Shown: positions 38,809-47,738 of the stretch, piece by piece
Layout of the letters: the number at the start of each line of letters is the position of its first letter
How positions within the stretch are numbered: position 1 is the stretch's first letter
Source: Sphingosinicella sp.
GTDB lineage: Bacteria; Pseudomonadota; Alphaproteobacteria; Sphingomonadales; Sphingomonadaceae
Reading direction: 5' to 3' (one strand)
Assembly (NCBI GenBank): GCA_052388015.1
Contig: JBQTIN010000041.1
Length of the DNA: 64,000 nt
The notes under the pieces: model-generated
What the model was told of the DNA's origin: nothing
What the model saw: the letters and a program-made list of their open reading frames with translations, nothing else
Databases searched by the model: none
Translations under genes and position numbers: made by a program

Positions 38809-38826
38809 TTATCCTCATTATCCACA
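38809..38826 (+). promoter_or_regulatory. Tandem DnaA boxes
   Basis: TTATCCTCA (one mismatch) abutting a perfect TTATCCACA. Confidence 0.65.
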
Positions 38827-38865
38827 GCGCGAATCCGCTTGGCGCGACTCGTGCGGCATGACAGC

Positions 38866-39313
38866 TTCCCTGCTGTGGACGGGGCGGAAGGCCGGCGACG
38901 GCGGACCGCCCGGGACACGGCCAGAACGGTCAGGGCGGCGCTCTTCGGAGCGCAGGCCGGATCGGGACGGCGGGGCGGCTGACGAAGCCGCCGCCAGGCG
39001 GATGCAGCGGGCTCGTCCCTCTCGCGGAAGCGAAAGCGGCGATGCTTCGTGAGCCCCCATCCGGACCCAAGGAGCCTTCGGGCGACAAAGGTCCGGATGG
39101 CGAGCCGCCGGGATCTCGGTCCCGGGCCGGCGCGCCAACGGGCAAACCCGGATGGAGCTTGCTCCTGACGGGAGTCCGGAAAGTTCGAGGCGAACCCCCG
39201 GTTCGTCGCGGCTTTCGAAATCGCCCGCTTCTTGCGGCCCCGCCTCCCAGGTACGGGCCACCAGGGAACGGGACAGTGGGGGCCGGCGGCAACGCCGGCC
39301 CCCATTCGCTTTT
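38866..39313 (+). ncRNA. Candidate large structured ncRNA of unknown class
   Basis: About ten local hairpins with UUCG/GNRA/CUUG loops, a 5'-3' closing helix, a 3' terminator and no credible ORF. Confidence 0.65.
39277..39313 (+). terminator. Intrinsic terminator
   Basis: TGGGGGCCGGCG-GCAA-CGCCGGCCCCCA followed by TTCGCTTTT. Confidence 0.8.
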
Positions 39314-39397
39314 GCGGCCACCCGCGCCTGGGGCGCGCCGGACCCAGCTTGATCTCGCGCAAGCCAGCGCCGATAGTCGCCGGCAGAAGGGGGCCTC

Positions 39398-39877
39398 ATG
39401 TTCTCACGCAAGCAAGCTGCCGCCGGGCCGCCCGCGCGGCCGAAAGCGAAGGCCGGCGCGGCGGGCCTGTCGCTAATCGGCGCCGAGGTGACGATCGGCG
39501 GCGACGTGACCAGCGAAGGCGCGCTGCATCTGGATGGCCGGATCGACGGTCATGTCCGCTGCGCCAGCCTCTGCCAGAGCCAGAGCGGGGTGATCACCGG
39601 CGACATCATCGCCGAGGAGGCGCGGATCGGCGGCCTGGTCGAAGGCACCGTCGCCGCCCGCAGCGTCGTCATCGAGGCAAGCGGTCGCGTCGCCGGCGAC
39701 GTCGCCTATGACACGATCACCATCGCCGCGGGAGCGCAGGTCGAGGGACGGCTGGCGCGGCGCGCGGCGCTGGCGGGCGGCGCCGCCGATCTTCTCATCG
39801 CGACGGCAAGGAACGATGGCGAGCCGGCTGCAAGCACGCTCTTCTCGGGCCAGCCGACCCAGGTCGCGGCGGACTGA
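39398..39877 (+). CDS. Bactofilin (polymer-forming cytoskeletal protein)
   Basis: LSLIGAEVTIGGDV..LHLDGRIDG beta-helix repeats. Confidence 0.9.
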   Translation: MFSRKQAAAGPPARPKAKAGAAGLSLIGAEVTIGGDVTSEGALHLDGRIDGHVRCASLCQSQSGVITGDIIAEEARIGGLVEGTVAARSVVIEASGRVAGDVAYDTITIAAGAQVEGRLARRAALAGGAADLLIATARNDGEPAASTLFSGQPTQVAAD

Positions 39878-39879
39878 CG

Positions 39880-40335
39880 ATGCCGGGTCATCGCGCGACG
39901 GTCGAGTGGCGCTCGGACGGCGGGTTCGCGAGCGGCCGCTACAGCCGCCGCCACGAATGGCGGTTCGACGGCGGCGCGACAATCACTGGTTCGTCCTCGC
40001 CGGATGTCGTGCCGGTGCCGATGTCGGATCCGGCCGGCATCGATCCGGAGGAGGCGCTGATCGCCTCCGCCTCGTCCTGCCACATGCTCTGGTTCCTGTC
40101 GCTCGCCCAGGCCGAAGGGCTCGACATCGCGTCCTATAGCGACAATGCGGAAGGCGCGATGGGCCGGCTTGGGCTAGGCAAGATCGGGATGACGAAAATC
40201 ACGCTGAGGCCCGCGATCAGCTTCGCGGGACGGGCGCCGGACGCGGCGTTGCTCGACCGGCTCCACCATGAGGCGCACGAGCGCTGCTTCATCGCCAATT
40301 CGCTGAAGACCGAGATCGTCGTCGAGCCGCGCTAG
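39880..40335 (+). CDS. OsmC-family protein
   Basis: DPEEALIASASSCHMLWFL, AHERCFIANS. Confidence 0.92.
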   Translation: MPGHRATVEWRSDGGFASGRYSRRHEWRFDGGATITGSSSPDVVPVPMSDPAGIDPEEALIASASSCHMLWFLSLAQAEGLDIASYSDNAEGAMGRLGLGKIGMTKITLRPAISFAGRAPDAALLDRLHHEAHERCFIANSLKTEIVVEPR

Positions 40336-40445
40336 CCGCCCTTCGGCTTCTGGTCCTTCGCCTCGCGCGCTTGCTCCTTGCGGCGTTTCAGATTCTCGCG
40401 CAACGCCGCGGCCAGCCGTTTCTCACGCTCCTCGTCCTTGCTCAT
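40332..40445 (-). CDS. Small basic protein, 37 aa (not in the ORF track)
   Basis: Manual translation MSKDEEREKRLAAALRENLKRRKEQAREAKDQKPKGG; divergent from tRNA-Thr. Confidence 0.65.
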   Translation of the reverse strand: MSKDEEREKRLAAALRENLKRRKEQAREAKDQKPKGG

Positions 40446-40455
40446 GACGCCCGCC

Positions 40456-40485
40456 TTGACACCCCGAGGGGCCAGCGGCCATAGC
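40456..40485 (+). promoter_or_regulatory. Sigma70-type promoter of the tRNA
   Basis: TTGACA at 40456-40461 and CATAGC at 40480-40485. Confidence 0.55.
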
Positions 40486-40503
40486 GCCGCGTCCCGCGAC
40501 AAT

Positions 40504-40578
<75 letters not shown>

Positions 40579-40595
40579 GTCGCCCGACGCTAGGG

Positions 40596-40754
40596 CTATT
40601 CTTCGGCGTAGCGTTCGGGGGGCTGGGCGGCCTTGGCGGCGAACATCATCGCCAACTCGTCATGCCGGCAGCGCGCGGCGTCGGTGACGGCGCGGGCGGC
40701 GCGATGCCGCTCCTCCGCTGCACGCCGGCTATAGTAGCGAAAATCCGACTCCAT
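40596..40754 (-). CDS. Small hypothetical protein (YY.RRA.EE family)
   Basis: GGGAGG RBS; MESDFRYYSRRAAEERHRA..H.ELA. Confidence 0.7.
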   Translation of the reverse strand: MESDFRYYSRRAAEERHRAARAVTDAARCRHDELAMMFAAKAAQPPERYAEE

Positions 40755-40831
40755 ATCGGTCGCCTCCCACACCCGATTCGCGCTGCTTAACACAGCATCT
40801 GTGATTCATCGAATCCACCCGATCGCGGCGC

Positions 40832-41221
40832 TCATGAGAGGGTCGGGCACCCTCCCGATCGCGCGATGATCATCGACAGCACCGCCGGATGAAGCGGCCG
40901 ATCGAAGGCGCAGCCGGCGCAATGCCCGTCCACCCAGGCAACATGGGCCGGCGTCGCCTCCAACCCCGGCAGGCGCAGCCAGATCTGATTACCAACCTCC
41001 AGTGACAAATGGGTGTCGATCCTGAAGCCGTGGGTGGAAAGATCGAGGATTTGCACGGAAACGGCGCTGGCGCCGCGTTGCCGCAGGCCGGCGCGAAGGG
41101 CGACCGGCATCCGGTCCGCGTTGCGCGCGCGCGCCGGCTTCAGCGCGGAGCCGAAAGACAATTCGCCCTGGATCGCGCCTGGCGGATCATTCGTGCCGGG
41201 ACCGGGCTGAAAGGCGTCCAT
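40832..41221 (-). CDS. PilZ-domain protein
   Basis: RNADR (RxxxR), DLSTHG, GCAFDRPLHPAV. Confidence 0.9.
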   Translation of the reverse strand: MDAFQPGPGTNDPPGAIQGELSFGSALKPARARNADRMPVALRAGLRQRGASAVSVQILDLSTHGFRIDTHLSLEVGNQIWLRLPGLEATPAHVAWVDGHCAGCAFDRPLHPAVLSMIIARSGGCPTLS

Positions 41222-41232
41222 CGCCGGCTCCG

Positions 41233-41667
41233 TCAGCCGTCTTTCTCAGGCAGGTTCAGGCCGACCGCGACGCTCCACGCCTGTGCCAGGCGGCGATCCT
41301 GGGTGGACATGCCGCGCATGATCCCGGGCCGGATATAGCTGCTTGGGCCGCTCGGGGCGGGCTGGGCCCGGCCGATATGGATGAGCAATTCGCTTTCGTC
41401 GATCGGATGATCGAATTCGATTCCGATGCGAGGGCCCGTCGCCCAGGCGACGGTGGCGGGCACGCGACTCGCGCCGCGCTCGAACGTGACCTTCATTCCG
41501 GCATTCACGATCGCCGGCGATTCGATCAGCGCGCCATGGCGCGACAGGTCGCGCAGCCGGGCGTCGGAAATGCCGGCCGGCGTGTGCAGCTTGGCGGCGA
41601 GAAGCACGCGCGCGCGTCGCGACGCCCGCTTGCCGGCCTCGACGGTCTCGAAGGGTTCGACGCCCAT
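41233..41667 (-). CDS. PilZ-domain protein
   Basis: RASRR (RxxxR), DLSRHG, IGIEF. Confidence 0.88.
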   Translation of the reverse strand: MGVEPFETVEAGKRASRRARVLLAAKLHTPAGISDARLRDLSRHGALIESPAIVNAGMKVTFERGASRVPATVAWATGPRIGIEFDHPIDESELLIHIGRAQPAPSGPSSYIRPGIMRGMSTQDRRLAQAWSVAVGLNLPEKDG

Positions 41668-41785
41668 CCTGCTTCCCGAATCTCCAGTTCCACGTGCGGG
41701 CATAGTCGAGGAGACCGAAATTTTCGTAAACGACGTCGTCGCCGATCCGATTGACGCGCGCCACGGCGCCTTTCATGGCCGCGTC

Positions 41786-42790
41786 ATGCGGTTTTTCTCG
41801 GACAATGCGGCGCGCGCCTGCCCGGAGGCGCTGGCAGCGATATCGGACGCGAATCGGCTCGACACCGCCTATGACGGCGACGCCTGGAGCCAGCGGCTTG
41901 ACGGTGCGCTGTCGGCGCTGTTCGAGACCGAGGTGGCGGCGCTCTGGGTGTCGACGGGCACGGCGGCGAACGGCCTCGCGCTCGCCGCTTTGTGTCCGCC
42001 GCACGGCGCGGTCCTCTGCCACCGAGACGCCCATATCCAGGTCGACGAGTGCGGCGCGCCCGAATTCTACACCCACGGCGCCAAGCTGCTGCTCGGCGAC
42101 GGGGCGGGCGCGAAGCTGGCGCCGGCGACGGTGGCGGCGCTGGCCGCGACGATCCGCGACGATGTCCACCAGATGCAGCCCGCCGCGCTGTCGATCACCA
42201 ACGCGACCGAATATGGCCTGGTCTACACGCCGGAGGAGACGGCGGCGCTGGGCGAGCTGTGCCGCGCGCGCGGACTCGGTTTCCATCTCGACGGCGCGCG
42301 CTTCGCCAATGCCGTCGCGCGGCTGGGCTGTGCGCCCGCCGATCTCACCTGGCGGGCCGGCGTGGACGCGCTCTCCTTCGGTTTCACCAAGAATGGCGGG
42401 CTCTCGGCCGAATGCCTGGTCTTCTTCCGCCCCGAGCTGGCGGCGGCGACGCGCTACCGGCGCAAGCGCGCCGGCCACCTGCTCTCCAAGGGCCGCTATC
42501 TGGCCGCGCAGATTCTCGCGATGCTCGAAGGCGACGTGTGGTTGAGGAACGCCCGCGCCGCCAACCAGGCCGCGACGCGTCTCGCCGAAGCGGCCGGCGG
42601 TGACCGCCTGATCCACGCGGTCGAGGCGAACGAAATCTTCGTCCGGGTGACGGTCGAGGAGGCGGCGGCGCTCCGGGCGCGGGGCTTCGATTTCTACGAT
42701 TGGGGGCTAGGCGAGGCGCGGTTCGTGACCAGCTGGGACAGCGCCGGCGCCGATGTCGACGCGCTCGCCGCGGCCATCCGGGCGCTCTGA
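41786..42790 (+). CDS. ltaE: Low-specificity L-threonine aldolase
   Basis: FFSDN, GTAAN, HLDGARFAN, SFGFTKNG (PLP Lys). Confidence 0.9.
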   Translation: MRFFSDNAARACPEALAAISDANRLDTAYDGDAWSQRLDGALSALFETEVAALWVSTGTAANGLALAALCPPHGAVLCHRDAHIQVDECGAPEFYTHGAKLLLGDGAGAKLAPATVAALAATIRDDVHQMQPAALSITNATEYGLVYTPEETAALGELCRARGLGFHLDGARFANAVARLGCAPADLTWRAGVDALSFGFTKNGGLSAECLVFFRPELAAATRYRRKRAGHLLSKGRYLAAQILAMLEGDVWLRNARAANQAATRLAEAAGGDRLIHAVEANEIFVRVTVEEAAALRARGFDFYDWGLGEARFVTSWDSAGADVDALAAAIRAL

Positions 42791-42802
42791 ATTTCAACCT
42801 CC

Positions 42803-42831
42803 TTGACTGACATATAAAGACTTCTTTATAT
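42803..42831 (+). promoter_or_regulatory. Promoter overlapped by a SahR-like operator ATATAAAG-N4-CTTTATAT
   Basis: TTGACT-N17-TTATAT; palindrome at 42812-42831. Confidence 0.7.
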
Positions 42832-42839
42832 CTGCATAT

Positions 42840-43793
42840 ATGGCCCGAGGATCGCAGCAGGAAACGGGGTTTCGCGATCCGAAAGTCCTGTTGCCTTTCC
42901 TCCTGATCACCCTGATCTGGAGCTCGACCTGGATCGTCATCAAGGACCAGCTGGGCCCCATCCCCTCGGAAGCTGTCCCGCCGCCCTGGTCGGTCGCCTA
43001 TCGCTTCCTCATCGCCGCCGCGGCGATGTTCGCGCTGGCGCGTTTCGGCGCCCTGCGCCTCGGCCTCGACGCGGCGGGGCATCGGCTCGCGGCGATGACC
43101 GGCCTGTTGCAGTTCGCGCTCAACTACAATCTGGTCTATGCCGCAGAACTCTCCATCACCTCGGGTCTGGCGGCGGTCGTCTTCGCCTTGCTGGTGCTGC
43201 CCAACGCCGTGCTGGCGCGGATCTTCTTCGGCGAGCGGGTGACGGCCGGCTTCGTGCTGGGATCGGCGGTGGCGATGGCCGGCGTCGCCTTGCTGTTCGT
43301 CCAGGAGGCGCGGCAGGCGACCGTGCCGCTGGCGGGCGTATTGACCGGTCTCGGCCTCACCGTGCTGGCCGTGCTCGCGGCGTCGATTTCGAACGTGATG
43401 CAGCTGTCCGACGGCATGCGCGCGCGCTCGATCGCGGTGATGCTCGGCTGGGCGATGCTCTATGGCGGGATCATCAATGCCGCCTTCGCCTGGGCGGTGT
43501 CCGGGCCGCCGGTCGCGGAGGCGCGGCCCGGCTACTGGCTCGGCCTTCTCTACCTCAGCGTGATCGCCTCGGCGCTCGCCTTCTGGCTCTATTATCGCAT
43601 CATCCGGGCGGTCGGCGCGGCGCGCGCGGCTTATTCGAGCGTCCTGATCCCGATCGTGGCGATGCTGATCTCGACCGTGGCCGAAGGCTATCGCTGGTCG
43701 CCGCCGGCGCTGGCCGGAGGAATGCTGGGCATCGCCGGGCTGATCATCGCGCTGCGCTCGCGGCGGGCCGTGCCGCCGCCGCCGGCCGACTGA
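42840..43793 (+). CDS. EamA/DMT-family transporter
   Basis: About ten TM segments, IWSSTW, two EamA repeats. Confidence 0.9.
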   Translation: MARGSQQETGFRDPKVLLPFLLITLIWSSTWIVIKDQLGPIPSEAVPPPWSVAYRFLIAAAAMFALARFGALRLGLDAAGHRLAAMTGLLQFALNYNLVYAAELSITSGLAAVVFALLVLPNAVLARIFFGERVTAGFVLGSAVAMAGVALLFVQEARQATVPLAGVLTGLGLTVLAVLAASISNVMQLSDGMRARSIAVMLGWAMLYGGIINAAFAWAVSGPPVAEARPGYWLGLLYLSVIASALAFWLYYRIIRAVGAARAAYSSVLIPIVAMLISTVAEGYRWSPPALAGGMLGIAGLIIALRSRRAVPPPPAD

Positions 43794-43836
43794 ATCGCCG
43801 GCTGGACGACGCGCCGGCGGCAGGCGAAAGGGACAC

Positions 43837-44616
43837 ATGCGGCTCGAGATCGACGTTGTGCTGGATTATCATGTGCCGGAGCGGGCCGACATCCTGCTCG
43901 CGGTCGAGGTCGCGCAGCTTCCCGACCAGATCCTGATCGGGGACCGGCTGACGGTGGACGGCTCCGGGCCGCTCGCGCCGATCGCCGGCGAGGAGGGGAT
44001 CGGGCAGCGGACCTGGCTGACGGCCGAGGGGCGCCTCAGGGCGACCTATCGCGCGATCGTCGATCTGAACCGGCCGGCGGTCGATATCGCCGGCCTCGCC
44101 GCTGCGCCCAAGGCCGATCTGCCGCCGCTCGTCGTCCCCTATCTCCTCGCGAGCCGCTATTGCGAGGCGGACCGGTTCGAAACGTTCGTCGAGCGCCATT
44201 TCGGCGCGTTCGAAGGCGGCGCGAAGATCATGGCGATGGCGGACTGGATCGGCCGCGAGATGACCTATGTCCCCGGCTCGACCGACGCCGAGACCACCGC
44301 CGCCGACGCCTTCGTCGCGCGCGAGGGCGTGTGCCGCGATTATGCTCATCTCATGGCCAGCTTCGCTCGCGCCGCGGGCATCCCCGCGCGGCTCGTCTCC
44401 GGCTATGCGCTCGATCTCGATCCGCCCGATTTCCACGCCGTCGTCGAAGTCTGGCTGGAGGACGGCTGGCATCTCGTCGATGCCACCTCCCTCGCGCCGA
44501 CCGCCAACGTCGCCCGCATCTGCGTCGGCCGCGACGCCACCGATATCGCCTTCATGACGATCTTCGGCACTGCCGAGCTGATCGAGCAGAGCGTGAAGGT
44601 GACCCGGGCCGACTAG
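43837..44616 (+). CDS. Transglutaminase-like protein
   Basis: SRYCE, GVCRDYAH, DFHA, VDAT, GRDATD. Confidence 0.92.
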   Translation: MRLEIDVVLDYHVPERADILLAVEVAQLPDQILIGDRLTVDGSGPLAPIAGEEGIGQRTWLTAEGRLRATYRAIVDLNRPAVDIAGLAAAPKADLPPLVVPYLLASRYCEADRFETFVERHFGAFEGGAKIMAMADWIGREMTYVPGSTDAETTAADAFVAREGVCRDYAHLMASFARAAGIPARLVSGYALDLDPPDFHAVVEVWLEDGWHLVDATSLAPTANVARICVGRDATDIAFMTIFGTAELIEQSVKVTRAD

Positions 44617-45026
44617 CGCCGGATGCGCCGCGCCGCCTCGATCTCTTCGGGCGACAGGCGCCTGACCTCGGTGACCGCGCAGCGCTGCAGGCCGGTCGGA
44701 CTCGGCACCAGCAGCTCGGCGTCGAGGCCGGCACAGATGAACGACGAACCGCCGCGGGTGCGCAGCGCCACGCTGAGCGACCAGTCGACGTCGGGGCAAT
44801 AGCCGACGAGGGTCAGGCGATATTGCCGGTTGCGGCTCACCGTCACGTCGACGGCCTCACGGCCGACCGGGCGGAAGCCGTTGACGGTGCGGGCGGAGAA
44901 GCAGTCCCGCGCCGGCCGCGATTGCTTCGCGGCCGATGGCCCGGATTCCGGCGTCGCGGTCGTCGCCGGCGCGCCGAGCAGGAAGCCGGCGGCGAGGATC
45001 GCAACGATGGCCCAGGCGCGTGACAT
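44613..45026 (-). CDS. DUF6491-like secreted protein
   Basis: Signal peptide; CF...VNGF, YRLTL..CPD, four Cys. Confidence 0.7.
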   Translation of the reverse strand: MSRAWAIVAILAAGFLLGAPATTATPESGPSAAKQSRPARDCFSARTVNGFRPVGREAVDVTVSRNRQYRLTLVGYCPDVDWSLSVALRTRGGSSFICAGLDAELLVPSPTGLQRCAVTEVRRLSPEEIEAARRIRR

Positions 45027-45161
45027 GCCCATTCAACGCCTGTCTGGCGGATTCGTGCCGGCGCGTCGAGGGTCCAGGCCCATAACCGGCCGCCGCTTCG
45101 CGGCCTTCTCCGGGCGATCCCGGCCATTGCCGGTCATGGGCCTGGACCCTAAAGGGCCGTC

Positions 45162-47738
45162 ATGCTCGACGCCCAGAACGCTCCCGCCGCGCCGGCCACG
45201 ATCCGGCGTGAGGATTATCGTCCGCCCGACTGGCTGATTTCCGAAATCGACCTGGACGTTCAGCTCGACGCGGAACGCACCGTCGTCCGCGCGACGCTGA
45301 AGGTTGGGCGCAAAGGGGCGCATGATCTGCCGCTCGTGCTCGATCTGGACGAGCTGGAGCTGCTCGGCGTGAAGGTCGATGGCGCGGCGGTCGAGGTCGA
45401 GCGTCACCCAGATGCGATCCTTGTCCCGGTCGCCGGCGACAGCGCGACGATCGAGACCGAGGTCGCGATCGCGCCGCGCGCCAACACCAAGCTCATGGGC
45501 CTGTACGAATCGGGCGGACTGCTCTGCACCCAGTGCGAGGCCCAGGGCTTCCGCCGGATCACGCCCTTCATCGACCGGCCGGACGTTCTCTCGACCTATC
45601 GGGTGCGGATGGAGGCGGACAGGGCGCTTTATCCGGTGCTGCTCGCCAATGGCGACCCGGTCGGCTCGGGCGAGCTCGCCGGCGGGCGGCACTGGGCCGA
45701 GTGGCACGATCCCTTCCCCAAGCCCTGCTATTTGTTCGCGCTCGTCGCCGGCGATCTGGTCTGCAATCGCGACCGCTTCGTCACCCGCGCCGGCCGCGAG
45801 GTCGAGCTCGGCATCTGGGTCCGCGACGGCGATCTGCCGCGTACCGAGCATGCGATGGCGAGCCTCAAGGCGGCGATGCAGTGGGACGAGGAGGTCTATG
45901 GCCGCGAATATGACCTCGCCGTGTTCAACATCGTCGCCGTCGCCGATTTCAACTTCGGCGCGATGGAGAATAAGGGGCTGAACATCTTCAACAGCCGCTA
46001 CATCCTCGCCGATCCCGACACCGCGACCGACGCCGATTATGACGCGATCGCGGGCGTCGTCGCGCACGAATATTTCCACAATTGGTCGGGCAACCGCGTC
46101 ACCTGCCGTGACTGGTTCCAATTGTCGCTGAAGGAGGGCTTCACCGTCTTCCGCGACCAGCAGTTCAGCGCCGACATGGGCAGTCGCGCGGTGAAAAGGA
46201 TCGAGGACGTCCGGATGCTGCGCGCCGCCCAGTTTCCCGAGGATGCCGGTCCGCTCGCCCATCCGGTGCGGCCGGATTCCTATATCGAGATTTCGAACTT
46301 CTACACCGCGACCGTCTACAACAAGGGCGCCGAGCTGATCCGGATGATGCACACCATCCTGGGCCCAGAGAAGTTCCGCGCCGGCTGCGACCTCTATTTC
46401 GCGAGCCATGACGGCGAGGCCGTGACCTGCGAAGATTTCGTCCGCGCGATGGAGCGGGCGAGCGGGATCGATCTTGCGCAGTTCCGGCTCTGGTATTCGC
46501 AGGCCGGGACGCCGCGGGTGCGGGCGCGGCTGTCGGACGACCGCAAGGCGCTGCTGCTCGAGCAGGAGATGCCGCCGACGCCGGGCCAGCCGGTCAAGCA
46601 GCCGATGCCGATCCCGCTCAAGCTCGCCGTGCTCGACGAGGAAACCGGCGCGAAGGCGGAGGAAAGGCTGTTCGTCTTCGATTCCGTCAGCGCCGAGCTG
46701 CCGCTCGCCGGCGCGCCCACGCGGCCGGTCGTCTCATTGAACCGCGACTTCTCGGCCCCGATCGTGCTGGAAACCGATCGCGGCGCCGATGCGCTCGCCT
46801 TCCTCTCGGCGCGCGACGACGATCCCTTCGCCCGCTACGAGGCGATGCAGCAGTTGATGCTCGACACTTTGATCGCCGCGATCGGCGGCGCGGCGGACCA
46901 TCGGCCGGTGATCGAGGCGGTGCGGCGCACCCTGATGGACCAGGCGCTCGACCCGGCCTTCGTCGCCGAGGCGGTGCTGCTGCCGAGCGAGGCCTTCATC
47001 GGCGACCGGATGGAGCGCGTGGACCCCGAGGCGATCCACGCCGCGCGCGAGGCGCTGCGCCGCGATCTCGGCAGCGAGCTCGAGTCACTGTGGCGCGACG
47101 CCTATGGAGCCCATTCCGCTAACCGCTACGCCTACAATCCTGCCGCCAAAGGCGCCCGCCGCCTGCGCACGATCGCGCTCGGCTATATCATGGCGGCGGA
47201 AGCGCGCGACGCCGCCTGGCTGGCGCTGACCCAATATGACGAGGCGGACAATATGACCGACCGGCAGGGGGCGATGGGCGTGCTGGTCAACACCACCGCG
47301 CCGGAGCGCGGCCGGGCGCTGCAGGCCTTTTACGATCGCTACAAATCGGACGCTTTGGTGATCGACAAATGGTTCACGGTCCAGGCGCTCGCGACGCGCG
47401 ACGACACGCCCGAGCGGGTCGAGGCGCTCGCCCGCCACGGCGATTTCACCCTCGCCAATCCGAACCGGCTGCGGTCCCTGGCCGGCGCCTTCTCGGCCAA
47501 CCAGCGTGCGTTCCACGACGCCTCCGGGCGCGGCTACAAGTTCCTCGCCGACATGATCCTCGCCGCCGACAAGCTCAATCCGCAAACCGCGGCGAAATTG
47601 GTCCCGCCGCTCGGCCGCTGGCGCCGCTTCGACGACAAGCGCGCGGCGCGGATGAAGGCCGAGCTCGAGCGGATCGTCGGCACGTCCGGCCTCAGCAAGG
47701 ACGTGTTCGAGCAGGCGAGCAAGAGCCTGGCTGCCTGA
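45162..47738 (+). CDS. pepN: Aminopeptidase N
   Basis: TQCEAQGFR, GAMENKGLN, HEYFHNW, KEG. Confidence 0.97.
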   Translation: MLDAQNAPAAPATIRREDYRPPDWLISEIDLDVQLDAERTVVRATLKVGRKGAHDLPLVLDLDELELLGVKVDGAAVEVERHPDAILVPVAGDSATIETEVAIAPRANTKLMGLYESGGLLCTQCEAQGFRRITPFIDRPDVLSTYRVRMEADRALYPVLLANGDPVGSGELAGGRHWAEWHDPFPKPCYLFALVAGDLVCNRDRFVTRAGREVELGIWVRDGDLPRTEHAMASLKAAMQWDEEVYGREYDLAVFNIVAVADFNFGAMENKGLNIFNSRYILADPDTATDADYDAIAGVVAHEYFHNWSGNRVTCRDWFQLSLKEGFTVFRDQQFSADMGSRAVKRIEDVRMLRAAQFPEDAGPLAHPVRPDSYIEISNFYTATVYNKGAELIRMMHTILGPEKFRAGCDLYFASHDGEAVTCEDFVRAMERASGIDLAQFRLWYSQAGTPRVRARLSDDRKALLLEQEMPPTPGQPVKQPMPIPLKLAVLDEETGAKAEERLFVFDSVSAELPLAGAPTRPVVSLNRDFSAPIVLETDRGADALAFLSARDDDPFARYEAMQQLMLDTLIAAIGGAADHRPVIEAVRRTLMDQALDPAFVAEAVLLPSEAFIGDRMERVDPEAIHAAREALRRDLGSELESLWRDAYGAHSANRYAYNPAAKGARRLRTIALGYIMAAEARDAAWLALTQYDEADNMTDRQGAMGVLVNTTAPERGRALQAFYDRYKSDALVIDKWFTVQALATRDDTPERVEALARHGDFTLANPNRLRSLAGAFSANQRAFHDASGRGYKFLADMILAADKLNPQTAAKLVPPLGRWRRFDDKRAARMKAELERIVGTSGLSKDVFEQASKSLAA

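Noticed and set aside
38809-38826. Replication origin
   Set aside because: Only two clear DnaA boxes, no AT-rich unwinding element and no typical oriC-flanking genes.
38866-39313. Identification as RNase P RNA, tmRNA, SRP RNA, 6S RNA or a group I/II intron
   Set aside because: I could not find the hallmark conserved sequences by eye and no host gene is interrupted; cmscan is needed to exclude these formally.
38727-39476. Several ORFs across the structured intergenic region
   Set aside because: Low-complexity translations in several frames with no recognisable motifs; better explained by RNA structure.
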